In this document: positions 62,101-64,000 of the stretch, in pieces
How the letters are laid out: each line of letters starts with the position of its first letter
Numbering within the stretch: the stretch's first letter is position 1
Assembly: GCA_964442705.1 (NCBI GenBank)
Contig: CAYUAQ010000002.1
Coordinates: 5,959 to 69,958, forward strand
Source: an uncultured Desulfobacteraceae bacterium
GTDB taxonomy: Bacteria > Desulfobacterota > Desulfobacteria > Desulfobacterales > JALSRD01
DNA: 64,000 nt
Direction: 5' to 3'
Made by a program: the position numbers and the translations under genes
Notes under the pieces: model-generated
Seen by the model: the letters and a program-made list of their open reading frames with translations, nothing else
Database searches by the model: none
What the model was told of the DNA's origin: nothing

Positions 62101-62221
62101 GTGTCTGCTTGAAAACGGATTTCCCGGACTGATTGAGACCGGCCGCAACGCCATTGACGCCAGGATCAATCGGCGTGACAGCAAGTAGTTGGTACACCTT
62201 CTCTTTTCTCAACACCCGGCT

Positions 62222-63805
62222 TCAGAGGGGGTTCCCGTAGACCATCTCGCCGCCCACCACGGTCATGCAGACCGTGGCGTCCAGCCACCGCTCCGGCGGC
62301 AGGGAGAAGAGATCCTGCTCGAAAACCGTCAGGTCGGCCCTGCGGCCCGGCGCGATGAAACCGAGATCGTCATCCCGCCCCGACGTCCAAGCCGCCTGGC
62401 GCGAAAAACCGGCCAGGGACGTTTCCAGGGAGAGCCGCTGGTCCGGGAACCACCCGCCGGGGGGGGCGCCCCGCCGGTCCTGGCGGGTGACGGCGGCGTA
62501 TAGCCCGAACAGCGGGTTGATGGGCTCCACCGGCGTGTCGGATCCGAACTGCACCGGGATGCCGGCCTCTGTGATGGTCTTCCAGGCGTAGGCGTTGCGG
62601 CAGCGTTCAAGGCCCCACTTCTCTTGGGCCGGCTTCCAGTCGGTGTCCACGAAGACGGGCTGCACCGAGGCCGTGATCCCCAGGCGGCGCATGCGCGAAA
62701 GGTCCTCCGGCCGGAAGAGCTGCACGTGTTCGATGCGGTCGCGGTGCCGTCCCGGGAACCACTGCCGGACCGCCTCGACGGCATCCAGCACGTTGGTCAG
62801 GGCGGCGTCTCCGATGGCGTGCACGGCCACGTCCCAGCCGGCGCTATAGGCCGCCCGGATGTGCTCCCGCAGGGCCGCCGGTGCCAGCACCGCGATGCCC
62901 CGATTTTGTGGATTGTCGGCATAGGGTGCGTGCATCAGGGCCGTGGAGGCCCCCATGGAGCCGTCCGCAAACAGCTTGACGTGGCCAAACCACAGCCGGT
63001 CGCTGCCGATGCCCGGCACGATTTTTCGCTCTTTTGCCTCTGCCAGGTCCTCGGGGCGGATGAGGTGGTAGACACGCATTTTCAACCGCCCGCGGCGGTC
63101 CAGCCGATGGAGGACTTTCCAGTCGGCCAGCCACTCGCAGGTATGCACGCCGGTGACGCCCGCGGACAGGGCCGCCTCCTGGGCGGCCAGGGCGGCGTTC
63201 TCCAGTTCTTCTTGGGTGGGTTCGGGGATGTGGTCGCGGATGAGTTCGATGGCCTCCAGGATCAGGCCTGAGGGCTCCCCGTCGGCCAGCCGTTCGATGC
63301 GCCCCCCCTCGGGGTCCGGCGTGTCGCGTCCGATACCGGCCGCTTTCAGCGCCAGCGAGTTGACCCACACGCTGTGGCCGCAGGAGCGGATCATGGCGGC
63401 CGGGTTTTGTGGCGTGATGTCGTCCAGGTCGCCGCGGGTGGGCTGCCGGGGCCGCTCCCACTTGTGGTGGTCCCAGCCCCGGCCGATGAGCCATTTGCCC
63501 GGCGGCAGTTCCCCTGCTTTCCGACCAATGGCCTCGCGGCAGGCCTCCAGAGAGGGTAGGTCGCGCAGATTCACCCACTGGAAGGTGCGGCCCAGGCTGA
63601 GAAAGTGGGTGTGGCTGTCCACCAGGCCCGGTACGACCAACCGGCCCGGGAGCGATATTACTTCCCAGCTGTCGTCTATGGCCGCCCGGACGTCTTCGTC
63701 TGCGCCCACGGCGACAATGCGGCCGCCGTTCACGGCCAGGGCCTGGGCCCAGGGCCGAGCGGAATCGCCGGTGAATATGCGTGTGGAGAGAAATGCCGTT
63801 TTCAT
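62222..63805 (-). CDS. metal-dependent amidohydrolase (Amidohydro_3 / YtcJ-like)
   Basis: 527 aa. N-terminal beta-sandwich, then PGLVDSHTHF (HxH metal motif). Later HAIGD and FGSD motifs. Confidence 0.8.
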   Translation of the reverse strand: MKTAFLSTRIFTGDSARPWAQALAVNGGRIVAVGADEDVRAAIDDSWEVISLPGRLVVPGLVDSHTHFLSLGRTFQWVNLRDLPSLEACREAIGRKAGELPPGKWLIGRGWDHHKWERPRQPTRGDLDDITPQNPAAMIRSCGHSVWVNSLALKAAGIGRDTPDPEGGRIERLADGEPSGLILEAIELIRDHIPEPTQEELENAALAAQEAALSAGVTGVHTCEWLADWKVLHRLDRRGRLKMRVYHLIRPEDLAEAKERKIVPGIGSDRLWFGHVKLFADGSMGASTALMHAPYADNPQNRGIAVLAPAALREHIRAAYSAGWDVAVHAIGDAALTNVLDAVEAVRQWFPGRHRDRIEHVQLFRPEDLSRMRRLGITASVQPVFVDTDWKPAQEKWGLERCRNAYAWKTITEAGIPVQFGSDTPVEPINPLFGLYAAVTRQDRRGAPPGGWFPDQRLSLETSLAGFSRQAAWTSGRDDDLGFIAPGRRADLTVFEQDLFSLPPERWLDATVCMTVVGGEMVYGNPL

Positions 63806-63809
63806 GAAT

Positions 63810-64000
63810 TTACTTCCCCTGACGGGTGAGGTGTGGGTCGAGGATGTCCCGCAGGCCGTCCCCGAAGAGATTGAGCCCCATGACGGTGATGAAGATGGCC
63901 AGCCCCGGGAAGATGGAGATCCAGGGCGCCGTGAAGAGCTGCTCGCGGGCCGTGGCCAGCATGGCGCCCCAGCTGGGCGTTGGCGGCTGGGCGCCCAGTC
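63810..64000 (-). CDS. ABC transporter permease, DppC/OppC-type, 3' end only (partial at window edge)
   Basis: Minus-strand translation ends ...[55 protein letters not shown]-stop (TAA 63810-63812). This is the typical C-terminus of peptide/nickel ABC permeases. The stop lies 4 nt before the amidohydrolase start. Confidence 0.7.
   Translation of the reverse strand, partial: LGAQPPTPSWGAMLATAREQLFTAPWISIFPGLAIFITVMGLNLFGDGLRDILDPHLTRQGK

Noticed and set aside
1-64000. Search for CRISPR arrays, tRNA/rRNA genes, IS elements, integrases and prophage genes
   Set aside because: I noticed no direct-repeat/spacer periodicity, no cloverleaf-like or rRNA-like conserved stretches in the intergenic regions I read, and no transposase- or integrase-like translations. 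This was a by-eye scan only; tRNAscan-SE, Infernal or ISfinder would be needed to be certain.

Overview
High-GC, densely coding bacterial chromosomal segment. It most likely comes from a sulfate-reducing Desulfobacterota-type anaerobe, an inference from the complete rrf2-hmcABCDEF operon encoding a 16-heme cytochrome complex at 0.1-7.4 kb. I support about 60 CDS. I recognised no rRNA, tRNA, CRISPR array, transposase or integrase. All function calls come from reading the supplied translations for motifs and architecture; no database search was possible.

Left third: Hmc operon, serB, a sensor kinase with CxxCH motifs in its periplasmic loop plus a REC-kinase hybrid, an AEC transporter and a HEAT-repeat protein. 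It also holds a sigma-54-dependent two-component system next to small secreted Gly/His-rich proteins (one is a disrupted DUF2202 gene), gdhA, a CheY-like regulator and a TRAP transporter.

Centre (26.5-45.2 kb, all minus strand): the stand-out feature, an 18.7-kb, 23-gene bacterial microcompartment (BMC) super-operon. It has 7 shell genes, an acylating aldehyde dehydrogenase carrying an encapsulation-peptide-like helix, a PduS-like protein, a PduT-like shell protein and a EutJ-like protein. No known signature enzyme, phosphotransacylase or alcohol dehydrogenase is present. Instead it encodes a glutamine-synthetase-family ligase, a split glutamate-synthase-like trio (gmaS/mgsABC-like) and an HcnABC/opine-oxidase-type FAD/Fe-S amine dehydrogenase. 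A GATase1 hydrolase and RidA follow. This suggests a gamma-glutamyl / N-alkylglutamate-type amine-to-aldehyde metabolosome.

Right third: a cytoplasmic Mo/W-pterin oxidoreductase cluster (IclR regulator, ASST-like propeller, glutaredoxin-fusion protein). Next is a GntR-TctCBA-aminotransferase x2-SDR x2-AOR cluster, then an amidohydrolase and the 3' end of an ABC permease gene.
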